From NCBI GenBank assembly GCA_029259175.1, contig JAPDJH010000018.1:1-64000 (forward strand): a stretch of 64,000 nt of DNA, written 5' to 3'. Both the position numbers and the translations under genes were made by a program. Below the pieces are notes generated by a model, which searched no databases, was not told the DNA's origin, and was given only the letters and a program-made list of their open reading frames with translations. Shown here piece after piece: positions 10,245-20,374 of the stretch. Within the stretch, counting starts at the first letter, position 1, and each line of letters starts with the position of its first letter. The stretch comes from Hadesarchaea archaeon (GTDB taxonomy: Archaea; Hadarchaeota; Hadarchaeia; Hadarchaeales; Hadarchaeaceae).

Positions 10245-11033
10245 ATGTCCTCCTTAGTATATCTACTGGGCCCTGCAGGCTGTGGAAAGAGTACCCTGAC
10301 ATCTGCACTTTCTGTCCTAATGCAGAGCAATGGTCTGAAAGTCGTCACGGTGAACCTCGATCCCGGAGTTGAATGGCTCCCATACACTCCAGATATCGAC
10401 ATTCGAACACATGTCTCCCTCCGAGAGGTTATGAAAGAATTCAAGCTAGGACCTAATGGCGGACTGATAGTGGCCGTGGATCTAATGGCCGAACATCTTC
10501 CCAAACTCCGACAATTGATTGTGGAGTGGAATGCGGATTATGTTTTGGTTGACACGCCAGGCCAAATGGAATTGTTTGCCTTTCGGCGTACCGGACCAGC
10601 AGTAATCGAGGGATTGGGGGATGTGCAGAGGTCTTGTTTGCTGTTTTTGATAGACTCTTTCTTTGCAAAACAAGCCAGCTCATTCGTATCCATGCTGATG
10701 CTGGCCTCTTCAGTGTTGGCCCGTTTTCGTCTCCCACAGATAAATGTCCTGACCAAGATCGACAGGCTAACGGCCAACGAACTCCAGATGACCGCCGACT
10801 GGATGGAGCGCAAAGATTTGCTCTTGGACGCGATCCTGTCTGAACCGAACCCGTTAGACCGGGAAACGGCCATGGGAATGTTAGAAGTCGTAGAAAAAAC
10901 GAGTCTGGCTGGGGAACTCGTTCCGATCTCGGCAACCGAAAACCGCGGATTGTTAGAGCTAGTTGGTGCAATAGAACGGGCACTCGCGAAAGAAACTGTG
11001 CTCGACCTAGGAGAGGAGGTCGAAAAGTATTGA
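10245..11033 (+). CDS. GPN-loop GTPase
   Basis: GPAGCGKS, VNLDP, LGPNGG, DTPGQMELF, TKID. Confidence 0.92.
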   Translation: MSSLVYLLGPAGCGKSTLTSALSVLMQSNGLKVVTVNLDPGVEWLPYTPDIDIRTHVSLREVMKEFKLGPNGGLIVAVDLMAEHLPKLRQLIVEWNADYVLVDTPGQMELFAFRRTGPAVIEGLGDVQRSCLLFLIDSFFAKQASSFVSMLMLASSVLARFRLPQINVLTKIDRLTANELQMTADWMERKDLLLDAILSEPNPLDRETAMGMLEVVEKTSLAGELVPISATENRGLLELVGAIERALAKETVLDLGEEVEKY

Positions 11034-12163
11034 CATCTCTTGAGAAGTTCCTCGGAACCATTCTTGGCGTGGCCTTGGGCGATGCGGTCGGAGCACCGTT
11101 TGAGGGTACGCCCGCGTCTCTAAGCAAGGAACTCGTAACCGAAAAAATCGAAAATCTGCAAACGCTCACATATACGGACGACACCCAAATGACCCTCGAC
11201 TTGGCTTCTTCTCTGAGCGCGCGTTCGGGTTTTGATCCGAATGACGTTGTCCAACGCTTCCTCACCAGCTACAATCCGGCTCGTCGCTATGGACAAACCA
11301 CCTCGACCGTGCTCCAACTAATTAAAGACGGGACTGACTGGATCCAAGCATCCAAACAAGTGATGAATGGAGAAGGCTCCTACGGAAATGGGGCAGCTAT
11401 GAGAATCGCGCCCGTTGCCCTGCTCTATCACCACGATAAAGAAAAGATGCTGGAAATCGCAAAGGCATCGAGCGAGCTTACCCACGCACACCCCCTCGGG
11501 ATCGAAGGGGCCATCATCCAAGCTGCCGCTCTAAGATTCGCAATTCTTACCTCTCCCACAGATTTTGACCCGGCAGAATTTCTGTCAGAGATAAAACAAG
11601 TGATAACTCAAGAGGTGTACGCGCAAAAAATAAACTCAATACACCAACTGCTAGAAGAACCCATCGATCCCGTTACCATTCGGGAGAGACTTGGATGTGG
11701 AGGCGAGGCTTTCAACTCAGTTCCTACCGCCATCTACTGCTTCCTGACCGATCCCACCGATTTTATTTCTAGCGTTAGCATAGCCGTGTCACTCGGAGGA
11801 GACACTGATACTATCGCCTCTATGACTGGCGCGCTCGTTGGCGCCCTGACTGGCAAACCCGCCCTGCCCGAAGCTTGGTTAGAAAAACTAGAAAACAGAG
11901 AGACGATCGAGCGTGTTGCCCAGTCGCTCTTTTTTACCCATGTCAAAACGGTTCTAGGACATCGATGCGAGATGTGCCTCTCTCAAGAGGGGATCAAAGC
12001 TTACAAAATAGATCCCGCTGGGCCCGATAATGTAGACAACTACATATTGCTCTGCGCCCGATGCAAGCGAGAGAGTGAGGAGGAAGAGAAAGAGTTCTTC
12101 GCCAAGCCAAGAAAACATGGGAAGTATCGAGCGGTTTACCGGAAGGCCCACCGGAGGGCCTAA
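11030..12163 (+). CDS. ADP-ribosylglycohydrolase (DraG/ARH3 family) with C-terminal Cys4 HNH-like domain
   Basis: GDAVG, YTDDTQMT, GNGAAMR, THAH, GGDTDT; tail CEMC...DNYILLCARC. Confidence 0.88.
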   Translation: MTSLEKFLGTILGVALGDAVGAPFEGTPASLSKELVTEKIENLQTLTYTDDTQMTLDLASSLSARSGFDPNDVVQRFLTSYNPARRYGQTTSTVLQLIKDGTDWIQASKQVMNGEGSYGNGAAMRIAPVALLYHHDKEKMLEIAKASSELTHAHPLGIEGAIIQAAALRFAILTSPTDFDPAEFLSEIKQVITQEVYAQKINSIHQLLEEPIDPVTIRERLGCGGEAFNSVPTAIYCFLTDPTDFISSVSIAVSLGGDTDTIASMTGALVGALTGKPALPEAWLEKLENRETIERVAQSLFFTHVKTVLGHRCEMCLSQEGIKAYKIDPAGPDNVDNYILLCARCKRESEEEEKEFFAKPRKHGKYRAVYRKAHRRA

Positions 12164-12727
12164 ATGGTCTCCGAGGAGATGCGAACTCGCATAAGCAAGT
12201 GCTTGGCCTATCTTCTCCGTCACGACAAGAATCTTCCAAGAACAGAAGATGGATGGGTTCCAATCCCAGAGGTGCTAAAACTCCTGCAAAAGCGATGGCA
12301 GTGGATCAACTCTGCACTCCTCCAAGAGATTGTTGAGAAAGACAAAAAGCAGAGATACGAGATCCGCAACAACATGATACGCGCCAGGTACGGGCACAGC
12401 GTCCCTGTAAATTTACATCTTCCGGCTGCCGACGTGGACGTCCTCTATCATGGGACCACCCCCAATGCCGCTATGCAAATTCTAAAAGAAGGGCTCAAAC
12501 CCATGGGGCGCACCATGGTGCATCTCTCTACCACTCCCAGCGATGCGATGGCGGTGGGGAAGCGAAGAACCAAAACTCCGACCGTACTCAAAATAGATGC
12601 CAAAAAAGCGCAATCCATGGGAATATCGTTTTTCAAGGCGTCTGAAAGCGTTTATTTAGCTTCTTCTGTGCCTCCCGAGTGTATAAGCATATGGGGTGAA
12701 GGGAATGAAAGCCTCGAAGGAGTGTAA
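12164..12727 (+). CDS. kptA: RNA 2'-phosphotransferase Tpt1/KptA
   Basis: YLLRH, IRARYGHS, LYHGT, GLKPMGR and VHLS motifs. Confidence 0.93.
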   Translation: MVSEEMRTRISKCLAYLLRHDKNLPRTEDGWVPIPEVLKLLQKRWQWINSALLQEIVEKDKKQRYEIRNNMIRARYGHSVPVNLHLPAADVDVLYHGTTPNAAMQILKEGLKPMGRTMVHLSTTPSDAMAVGKRRTKTPTVLKIDAKKAQSMGISFFKASESVYLASSVPPECISIWGEGNESLEGV

Positions 12728-13537
12728 GGAGTGTCTCTCGCAGTTAGCAGACCAAGTGGCAAAACTCTCGGCACAACAGATCTCGTTGCGCAGAAAAATT
12801 CGCAGACATATGGAGAGGGCGCTTATCCGGATAACCAAACATACAGTGCCAACCGACATATCTAATGAGCTCCACCATATCGCCAAGGTACTATCATCAA
12901 ATCTCGATCCCTACAAAGAAATCAAACAAAAAGAGATGACGGTTGCAAAAGAGATTTACACTAAGCTGAAGATCGGAGACACTCTGCGGAGTCGAGTGGA
13001 GATCGCCGCTTTCGGCAATGCAATCGACTATTTTGTAGATCCAAATGAACTCCACCAAATATTTAACTCACCTGTCAAGTTCGCTAAGGACGACATAGAG
13101 GAGCTGGCTAGAAAGCTTCGAAAAACCAGGCGCATTCTCTATCTGCCCGACAACGCAGGAGAAGTCTTTTTCGATATCCCGTTGGTGGATTACCTGAGAG
13201 AACGCGCTGACATTTTTTATGCTGTAAAAGCGGAGCCCATTCAGAACGATTTCTCCATAGAAGAGCTAGGATTTTTAGACGGCATCAAAATCCCGGCGAC
13301 AATCATAAAAGGACCTCCAACGGTTGGAGTTTATTTGAGTCAGGCCCCATAGAGTTCAGAATGGCCTTCGATGTTTCAGACCTGATAATCGCAAAGGGGA
13401 TGGCAAACTACGAAACACTTTCAGAACTGGCCGGTGAAGACCGCGTCTTCTACATTCTGAGAGCAAAATGCAAACCGGTTGCCAAGTCGTTGGGGGTCAG
13501 AGTGGGCGACTACATAGCAACATTCTTAACTCGCTGA
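12705..13537 (+). pseudogene. DUF89/ARMT1-like damage-control phosphatase, split by a 1-nt frameshift
   Basis: GNAID, DNAGEVFFD and PIQND in the first frame; DLIIAKGMANYETLSE...RAKC continues in the shifted frame after the C4 run at 13345-13348; could be a sequencing error. Confidence 0.82.
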
Positions 13538-13708
13538 TTATTCGTAATCAAAACAACAGATACGGAACGTCAGTACTACAAGGAACTGGACCTTCCCACG
13601 CGCGTGGATCCAAAGAGCGCCAAGGCCTCCTACAAAAACGGAGTGCTAAAGGTCACCTTTGAAAAACTCCGCGAGAGCACCGAGGGCGAAAAAATCAATA
13701 TCGGATAA
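13538..13708 (+). pseudogene. C-terminal remnant of a small heat-shock protein (Hsp20)
   Basis: Hand translation ...RQYYKELDLPTRVDPKSAKASYKNGVLKVTFEK...; no start codon or N-terminal half. Confidence 0.72.
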
Positions 13709-14513
13709 AAGATGATTTTTCGCCAATCAAAAATTTCAACATCTCGCGGCTTCGAAGATCGTTCCGCTTTTTCAGGTGAGTAACAAATTTCGCGTATCCG
13801 TGTTTATTCAAATCAAACATCAACTTTCGAAAAGTGACGCGAGCCAGAAACAGGCCATCTGCGGGCGCCGGGCGAAAAGAGCGTGGCGCATTTCCATCCA
13901 GCGCTAGACGCAGCCACTCTTCCCCCACTACTCCCCGGCCGAGTTCGAGCAGGGCTTCAACCATCCGCCTGACCTGTTGCCACAAAAAGAAAGGTGCAAC
14001 AAAATCAAACACCAAACCTTCATTCATATGACAGCTAGCAAAGGAGATGGTCGCAAAAGTAGATTTTCCTTTCTCGCGTTTACAAAAACATCTGAAATCA
14101 TGGGGGCCTTCAAACATCTTCACGGCTTTTTTCACTAGCTGGAAATCGAGATCGGAAGGAGGCGCGCACACGTATCTGTAGTGTTTACTCAAGGCCTCTT
14201 TGCGCGGATTGAATCGTGACGGAACGAGGCTCCAGCCTAGAACCGCGATATCCGCGGGCAGAACCGCGTTCAACTCGTCCACGTCCGGTTCGTGCGTTAT
14301 CGAAACCGCCACTACTTGACCAACAGCGCTCACACCTCGGTCTGTTCTTCCCGCTACCTGACATCTAGCGCTCTTGAAATCAGATACGAGCCCGGTCAAC
14401 TGAAGGGCCTCAAGCAGCTGTCCCTCAATTGTGGGAGCGCCCGGTTGTCTGGCAAACCCAAAATAATTTGATCCGTCATAGGCCAGCAGCAAGCATGCCC
14501 GCACACATCCCAC
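13695..14513 (-). CDS. truA: tRNA pseudouridine(38-40) synthase
   Basis: AYDGSNYFGFARQP, AGRTDRGVSA, HDFRCF, FLWQQVRRM; start approximate. Confidence 0.92.
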   Translation of the reverse strand: MGCVRACLLLAYDGSNYFGFARQPGAPTIEGQLLEALQLTGLVSDFKSARCQVAGRTDRGVSAVGQVVAVSITHEPDVDELNAVLPADIAVLGWSLVPSRFNPRKEALSKHYRYVCAPPSDLDFQLVKKAVKMFEGPHDFRCFCKREKGKSTFATISFASCHMNEGLVFDFVAPFFLWQQVRRMVEALLELGRGVVGEEWLRLALDGNAPRSFRPAPADGLFLARVTFRKLMFDLNKHGYAKFVTHLKKRNDLRSREMLKFLIGEKSSFIRY

Positions 14514-14517
14514 CGCT

Positions 14518-15423
14518 TTATTTAAAATATGGCTCTCGGTAATATATCGCTCGGAGAAAGGATTCAACCATTTTCTGCGTAGATCCGCTCAACGCGTCAC
14601 TCAAATCCACCAAATTATCATCGCGTAGCAGACAGGGTTTAAGTTTTCCATCCGGAGTTAGGCGTATTCTCCTACAATGGGCGCAAAACCTCGAGTTGTG
14701 CATAGGACGCACGATTTCGATTTCCGCGCCATCAACAAAATATTTGGGACGGGCGTGCATGTCTTCTCTCACAATCACTCTGTCGGCTTTTTCTCTCAGC
14801 GCCTCTTCGATATCTCGCAGATCATGGTGGTAGCGTGCATAGTCCGCACCCGTCGGCAGAAAATCAACCAACTCGATCAGCTGAAGAATAGTTCCCGTTC
14901 CTCGAACGAAATCGATCATCCGATCTATCTCATTCTCATTCACTCCTCGCAACACCACCATGTTTATCTTTACGGGCCTTAGTCCCGATTCCACAGCAGC
15001 CTTTATTCCGCGTAAAACGGCATCAAGCATCGGTGCCCCGGTGATCTGTTTGTACTTGATCGGATCTAGAGTGTCCAAGCTGATGTTGATACGATTCAGA
15101 CCAGCGTCGGCCAGCTGCGATGCTATGCCGGCTAACTTAGTGCCATTAGTAGTCATCGAAACATCGTCCATTCCAGAAGTCGCGGCAGCTTTTACTATGC
15201 CCAAAATGTCGTTGCGCAACAGCGGTTCGCCCCCAGTGATTTTCACTTTAGTTATTCCCAGCCCCTTCGCCACTTGGAGGATTCTTTCTATCTGCTCAAC
15301 CGTTAGCTCCCGAGTTGCCGGGCTAGAGCCCTCTCTGTGACAGTAGAAACAGCGTAAGTTGCATCGTTCGGTAACGGATACCCTAATACCCGTCACAGGA
15401 CGGCCGAATCGATCAACGAGCAT
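14518..15423 (-). CDS. moaA: GTP 3',8-cyclase
   Basis: LVDRFGR, CNLRCFYC, TGGEPLLR, C-terminal FCAHCRRIRLT...PCL. Confidence 0.95.
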   Translation of the reverse strand: MLVDRFGRPVTGIRVSVTERCNLRCFYCHREGSSPATRELTVEQIERILQVAKGLGITKVKITGGEPLLRNDILGIVKAAATSGMDDVSMTTNGTKLAGIASQLADAGLNRINISLDTLDPIKYKQITGAPMLDAVLRGIKAAVESGLRPVKINMVVLRGVNENEIDRMIDFVRGTGTILQLIELVDFLPTGADYARYHHDLRDIEEALREKADRVIVREDMHARPKYFVDGAEIEIVRPMHNSRFCAHCRRIRLTPDGKLKPCLLRDDNLVDLSDALSGSTQKMVESFLRAIYYREPYFK

Positions 15424-16156
15424 CTTGGTGCACCTCAATCAAAACCCGTTTTCCTCGAGCCTCTCTCAGCGAAGAAACCAGCGCACTAACCATGTTAGCA
15501 ATCAAGTCTTGCACGAAAGGATTGAGAGGAATTCTGATCCCGTCCACTATCAACACTGTCTTTTCTTTTTTCAGAACTACACAAGAATCCCATTTTCTCT
15601 CACCTTTTGCTATGGCTTGGGCGAGTTCATCGCACTTTCTGAATCCGCACTTCCCGCAATCAAGCCCGGGTGGAGGTGGAAAGGCTCTCTCTTCTACTAG
15701 GTCCGCCAGCTCAGCCATCGAGTCAAATGAAAAACTTGGTAACCCCTCCAACTCCGCGCCAACACATCCAATAACGTATCTGTCCAACAACTCCTCCGCT
15801 TCCATTTTGTTCTTCGCCACTACTACTTTCGCTATTCCTCTCACTTCTTTAAATCCCTCTAACACGAAGAAATCGAGATCTCGCAGCCGCTGCTTGATCT
15901 CCTCCCATTTCACTTTTTTGCGTTCTATGGCGCTGATTTCACCATCCGCAACGCATATTACCCGCTCAGCGCCTGCTCGCGCATGCCTCCACGTGTCTCT
16001 ACCCTCCTGATCGATGGTAAATCCGGGAATGCCAACGTGCTTCACGGTTCCCACCGAATACCCGCGCTTAACTAGCTCTCGCACGAGGCCTTCAACCACC
16101 GCGGTTTTCCCCGAATCCTTGTACCCGATCACTGCGACGACCCGGCTAAAACCCAA
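15413..16156 (-). CDS. mobB: Molybdopterin-guanine dinucleotide biosynthesis protein B with C-terminal Fe-S domain
   Basis: GYKDSGKT, TVKH, GRDTWRH, LDCGKCGFRKC. Confidence 0.88.
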   Translation of the reverse strand: MGFSRVVAVIGYKDSGKTAVVEGLVRELVKRGYSVGTVKHVGIPGFTIDQEGRDTWRHARAGAERVICVADGEISAIERKKVKWEEIKQRLRDLDFFVLEGFKEVRGIAKVVVAKNKMEAEELLDRYVIGCVGAELEGLPSFSFDSMAELADLVEERAFPPPPGLDCGKCGFRKCDELAQAIAKGERKWDSCVVLKKEKTVLIVDGIRIPLNPFVQDLIANMVSALVSSLREARGKRVLIEVHQDAR

Positions 16157-17375
16157 ACAGCTCCACCTCCACTTCTTCTCCTTCCTCAACTATCTCTTTG
16201 TTCACCGGGATCACGAAGTATCCGTCCACCTTAGCGAGAGAAGCGATAGCCCCAGAATCCTTCGCCATGGGACGGGCATACACACCGTCACTTGTCGTTT
16301 TCAGCTGCACCGGTACCATTTCCCGCCGCCCACGAACTGAAAGATATTTTGTCGTCAAACGTGCCCTTACTTTGTTAGATTCTTTCCCGCGACCCGTCAT
16401 TGTTCTGATGAGCGGAGCAACGAGTTCATTGAAAACCATGAGAGCGGACACCGGATAGCCCGGTAAGCCAATCACCAGTTTTCGTTTAAGCACTGCGATA
16501 AGGGTCGGTTTGCCGGGCTTTTGCGTGATCCCGTGCACTATCACTCCCGGCTTTCCCATCGAATTCAATATCTCTGGTACTAGATCTCCTTCTCCCGCCG
16601 ATGTCCCTCCCGACAAAAGCACAATATCGTTCTCCTTTAAAGCGCGTTCAACGATCTTGCTGATTTCGTCCCGCTTGTCGGACACATGACCGTACAACCT
16701 TGGATACCCGCCCAAATTTTTCACTGCAGCAAAAAGCGTGTAACTATTCACATCGAACACTTTTCCCTCTTTTAACCGCGTACCGGGTGTTTGGAGTTCA
16801 TCACCAGTGGAGATTATCCCCACGCGCGGCTCCGCGTAAACCACAACTGTAGAAACCCCGGCCGCGGCCAGAGCTCCGGTTTCTCTTGGACCGAAAACAT
16901 GATTTTTCTCGACAAGCACTTCACCCTGTCTAACGTCGGATCCCTTTTTTATCACATTCTCACCTGGCGATACTGATTTCAATATTTCTACTCCTCCCTC
17001 CACTTCCCGTGTGTGTTCCACCATCACTATGGCGTTCGCTCCCGGTGGTAGGGGTGCTCCAGTGCCGATCCTGACGCATTCCCTCGGACCCACTTTTCTT
17101 CGAAACACCGCACCCGCCCTCGCCTCACCAATAATCCACAATTTCTTCGGAAAGCCTTCATCGGCTCCAAAAGTGTCCCTAGCTCTCACTGCATAGCCGT
17201 CGTATTGTGCGCGGTCAAAAGGAGGAATATCGATCGGTGCGCTCACTTTCTGCGCAGCCACTCTCCCTAGGGCGTTCTCCAGCGAAACTCGTTGAAATTT
17301 CACTTTCGGCGTCCAGTACTGAAAGATCCGGCGAACAGCCTCTTCTATCGGAACTAGTGCTAGAAACCTTGGCAT
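16146..17375 (-). CDS. moeA: Molybdopterin molybdo/tungstotransferase
   Basis: PPFDRAQYDGYAV, STGDEL, SGGTSAG, KPGKP, GLPGYP. Confidence 0.94.
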   Translation of the reverse strand: MPRFLALVPIEEAVRRIFQYWTPKVKFQRVSLENALGRVAAQKVSAPIDIPPFDRAQYDGYAVRARDTFGADEGFPKKLWIIGEARAGAVFRRKVGPRECVRIGTGAPLPPGANAIVMVEHTREVEGGVEILKSVSPGENVIKKGSDVRQGEVLVEKNHVFGPRETGALAAAGVSTVVVYAEPRVGIISTGDELQTPGTRLKEGKVFDVNSYTLFAAVKNLGGYPRLYGHVSDKRDEISKIVERALKENDIVLLSGGTSAGEGDLVPEILNSMGKPGVIVHGITQKPGKPTLIAVLKRKLVIGLPGYPVSALMVFNELVAPLIRTMTGRGKESNKVRARLTTKYLSVRGRREMVPVQLKTTSDGVYARPMAKDSGAIASLAKVDGYFVIPVNKEIVEEGEEVEVELFGF

Positions 17376-17432
17376 CTAATTCTCTTAACAAACAAAGTAT
17401 TTAATTACAAAGAATATGTTAAGCGCTTAAGC

Positions 17433-19343
17433 TTAACGACTCGAAGGCAATTTGTTCAATCTCGCGAGTTCGTCGGCAACATCTGGTAGTGCAAGCTCTT
17501 CCAGTTTTTCTCTTGGGATCCACCCCGTATCCCAATCCCAGCCGCGGAGTTCGTAATACTCGCGCAACATCTGGTCGAGTTCCACCACCTGCCCTCTCGG
17601 AGGACCGGACGGAGCCGGTTCCTTCGTCAATCGTTCCGGCAGAGTATCGTCCGCTCGTGTAATCCCCTCCCTGATATCAAACGCTCTTTCCAATGTGAAG
17701 ATCCTCTCACCAATCAAACGAAGTTTGTTCTCCGTGTATTCGATTCCCGTTATGAGCGACAGCGCTTGTGCGTAATCCGCGAAGTAGAACACTGGAGGCC
17801 AAACCGCTCCGAACTTACAGGTCACCAGCGAGTCCACAACTGCGCAGAAGTTCTCCCCATCTCGCACCATCAACGGTTTGTACTTCGGATTCAGCCGATC
17901 CGCTGCTTCCGGCATGACCTCCTTTCCAAACCGCTCTTCGATCCCCTTTACAAAGCCAACTTCGCTCAACACTTCAAAAGAGGTCAAGTGATCTGCCCCG
18001 CGATTAGCCACAGCATGTGATAGGCCCATCGACTTCTGGGCCCTGCCGTCCTGCGCTGGCTCATCCATGCCCTTCACCACCATGGTGAAGGACTTGACCG
18101 AGTCCCCAAAGCGCTTTGCAAAACGAGCAGTTCCCTCGGCCAGCTGATCTCCAAATCCCTCCCGGCGCGCTATGAGTTCCACGCACCGGATTATAGCGTC
18201 GGCGTTGCCCCATGTGAGCTCTATCCCGCCCGTGTCTTCTTTTGACAGCAAACCGCGCTCATAGCATTCCATGGCAAAAGCTATCACGCCCCCGCAGGAA
18301 ATCGTGTCTAAGCCGTAGATGTTGCAAAGCCTGTTTGCATAGAGCAAGGCCTCGAGATCGGAGTTTCCGCAACGACTGCCCAGAGACGACAGAGTTTCGT
18401 ATTCTATTTTTCCCTCAATGTTCCAACGTTTTCCTTTTCCCACATAGGTCTCGCAGTGAAGAGGACAGTTATAGCAAGCTCGCTTTTTGACCATAAACTC
18501 GCTGATAATTCTTTCTCCCCCGATTCTCTCAGCATGCTCAAAAGTTCCACTCTGAAAATTGCGAGTTGGGAATCGTCCGATTTCATTCATGAGTTCTACC
18601 AAAATTGTGGTTCCGTATTTCATCGTCGACGGTGAAAACTCGTGAGAGACCAGGCGTTTTCGAGCTTCTTTGGTCAGCTCTTCAAATTTTTCTTCGTTTG
18701 CAATAGGCACTTTACGATCCCCTCGCACCGAGATGGCTTTCAGATTCTTAGAGCCCATCACCGCTCCTATGCCCGTGCGCGCAGCCGCTCGATAATCGTG
18801 CATGATCGCTGCAAATCTTACAAGATTCTCTCCAGCAGGCCCGATCGAAACCACTTTTGTACCATCACCATGTTTCGCAATCAGTTCCTTCTCGGTGTCA
18901 ACAGTGGTCATGCCCCACAGCTCGCTAGCCGGCAAAATTTGGGCATCGCCATTTTCGATGTGAATCCGGACCGGCTTGGACGCCTTCCCTTTTACAACCA
19001 CCACATCAAATCCAGCAAATTTCAGTGCCGCGCCCCAATGCCCTCCAGAATTGGCTTCTCCATATAAATCCGTCAGCGGAGATTTCGCCGCCACCTCGTA
19101 TCTTCCCGACTGCGGCCAAGACGTGCCGTTGATCGGACCGGTGGCAAAAATCAAAACATTTTGTGGAGAAAAGGGATCGATCCCTGGGGGCACCATATCG
19201 AACAACATGCGCGCGCATATCCCGTTTCCGCCTATGTACTCCACTGCAAGATCCGCCGGCAACTCTTCTATCACTACTTTCTCTTTATCCAAGTCCGCGC
19301 GCAGAATCTTTCCCATGTATCCGCCTTTCAGAGAACCCGGCAT
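17433..19343 (-). CDS. Tungsten-dependent aldehyde ferredoxin oxidoreductase family protein
   Basis: GYMGKILRADL, AKSPLT, IGPAGENLV, GAVMGSKNLKA, CYNCPLHC, EYET, GLDTIS, YYELRGWD. Confidence 0.93.
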   Translation of the reverse strand: MPGSLKGGYMGKILRADLDKEKVVIEELPADLAVEYIGGNGICARMLFDMVPPGIDPFSPQNVLIFATGPINGTSWPQSGRYEVAAKSPLTDLYGEANSGGHWGAALKFAGFDVVVVKGKASKPVRIHIENGDAQILPASELWGMTTVDTEKELIAKHGDGTKVVSIGPAGENLVRFAAIMHDYRAAARTGIGAVMGSKNLKAISVRGDRKVPIANEEKFEELTKEARKRLVSHEFSPSTMKYGTTILVELMNEIGRFPTRNFQSGTFEHAERIGGERIISEFMVKKRACYNCPLHCETYVGKGKRWNIEGKIEYETLSSLGSRCGNSDLEALLYANRLCNIYGLDTISCGGVIAFAMECYERGLLSKEDTGGIELTWGNADAIIRCVELIARREGFGDQLAEGTARFAKRFGDSVKSFTMVVKGMDEPAQDGRAQKSMGLSHAVANRGADHLTSFEVLSEVGFVKGIEERFGKEVMPEAADRLNPKYKPLMVRDGENFCAVVDSLVTCKFGAVWPPVFYFADYAQALSLITGIEYTENKLRLIGERIFTLERAFDIREGITRADDTLPERLTKEPAPSGPPRGQVVELDQMLREYYELRGWDWDTGWIPREKLEELALPDVADELARLNKLPSSR

Positions 19344-19378
19344 GCACAAGAAGGTTTTCAAACAAATCATATAAACTT

Positions 19379-19981
19379 TCAGCTCAGCATGCCGAAGAGA
19401 ACGAGACACGAATTATAGAGATTGTGAGCCAAAACTGCTCCACCTAGCCCTGCTCGAAGATAACATACACCAAGCAGGAGCGAGGTCGGAAAGATCGCCA
19501 AAGCGAACGCGGGGTACGTGCCTGGATTGGATAGATGAAATATGGAAAAAAGCAGGGAGGAGAATAAAACCGCCCCCAGCCGACTCCTCTTCCAAGTGAT
19601 GAACTCGTCAATCAATATCCCTCGGAAAATCCATTCCTCAAAGATGGGGAGAATGTTCACTATGAGTAGGAGAACCCAGGGATAGCGCTCTTCCAAACCC
19701 ACGAAAGGATATTCTTCAGGATTGACCACTGGCACGTTTGCCTCGATGAGAATCCAATTTACACAGAGGGCAAGAACGAGGGCGAACACCCCTGTCCAAA
19801 GTCCGATCGTCACTATCCGATATCGCTCCTTTTGGGTCAAGTGTCTCCACACCCTTCTCCAATACTTGGGGGATAGGCGATGGAAATGCCAAGGATTTTC
19901 GGCCGCAAGTCTTCCAACAACAATTCCCAGCAAAATCCCGGCAACTAGAACCCGAAGAATATTCCACAAAAAGAACACCAC
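19379..19981 (-). CDS. CPBP (CAAX/Abi) intramembrane metalloprotease
   Basis: PIFEEWIFRG, FSIFH, AHNLYN; several TM segments. Confidence 0.88.
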   Translation of the reverse strand: MVFFLWNILRVLVAGILLGIVVGRLAAENPWHFHRLSPKYWRRVWRHLTQKERYRIVTIGLWTGVFALVLALCVNWILIEANVPVVNPEEYPFVGLEERYPWVLLLIVNILPIFEEWIFRGILIDEFITWKRSRLGAVLFSSLLFSIFHLSNPGTYPAFALAIFPTSLLLGVCYLRAGLGGAVLAHNLYNSCLVLFGMLS

Positions 19982-19987
19982 GATGCT

Positions 19988-20320
19988 CTATTTCTTCGCC
20001 CGTTCTAGAGCTTGAAGGGTGGTTCTAATGGCCTCAATCAGTTGTAAAGTCTTTGTCGGGTCTTCTTCTTTTTCGAGTTTTTCGACAAGAGATTCCAATT
20101 TTGAGTGGAGTACCCGATCTACTCGGGATAACACGTCTTCCTTGGCCTTCTCCTTCAACTGCCGGTCTTGCTCCAGTTCGCCACAAAGAGGACAAACCAC
20201 TTTTCCCTCAAATTCGAAAAGGGGACTCTTGCACTTCCCACAATGCACACCCAGCATTTTGCCTCCTGCCAACAGGGCCTCGGTTATCTTCTTGATTTTG
20301 TCTTCGTTTTCCGCCATCAA
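19988..20320 (-). CDS. UPF0148 / autoantigen-p27-like Zn-ribbon protein
   Basis: LLAGGKMLGVHCGKCKSPLF...VVCPLC; divergent from UPF0147 as is common in archaea. Confidence 0.85.
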   Translation of the reverse strand: MMAENEDKIKKITEALLAGGKMLGVHCGKCKSPLFEFEGKVVCPLCGELEQDRQLKEKAKEDVLSRVDRVLHSKLESLVEKLEKEEDPTKTLQLIEAIRTTLQALERAKK

Positions 20321-20374
20321 AAATCCTTATGAAGAGCATTCCTAAAAGGTAGATAGGCTTGAGAAGGTGATGTT

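Noticed and set aside
13350-13352. Pyrrolysine read-through of the DUF89 TAG
   Set aside because: The conserved C-terminal half is in another frame, so this is a frameshift, not read-through.
13535-13537. Selenocysteine or read-through fusion of DUF89 with Hsp20
   Set aside because: DUF89 is complete at this TGA, the Hsp20 part is only half a domain, and no SECIS-like element was identified.
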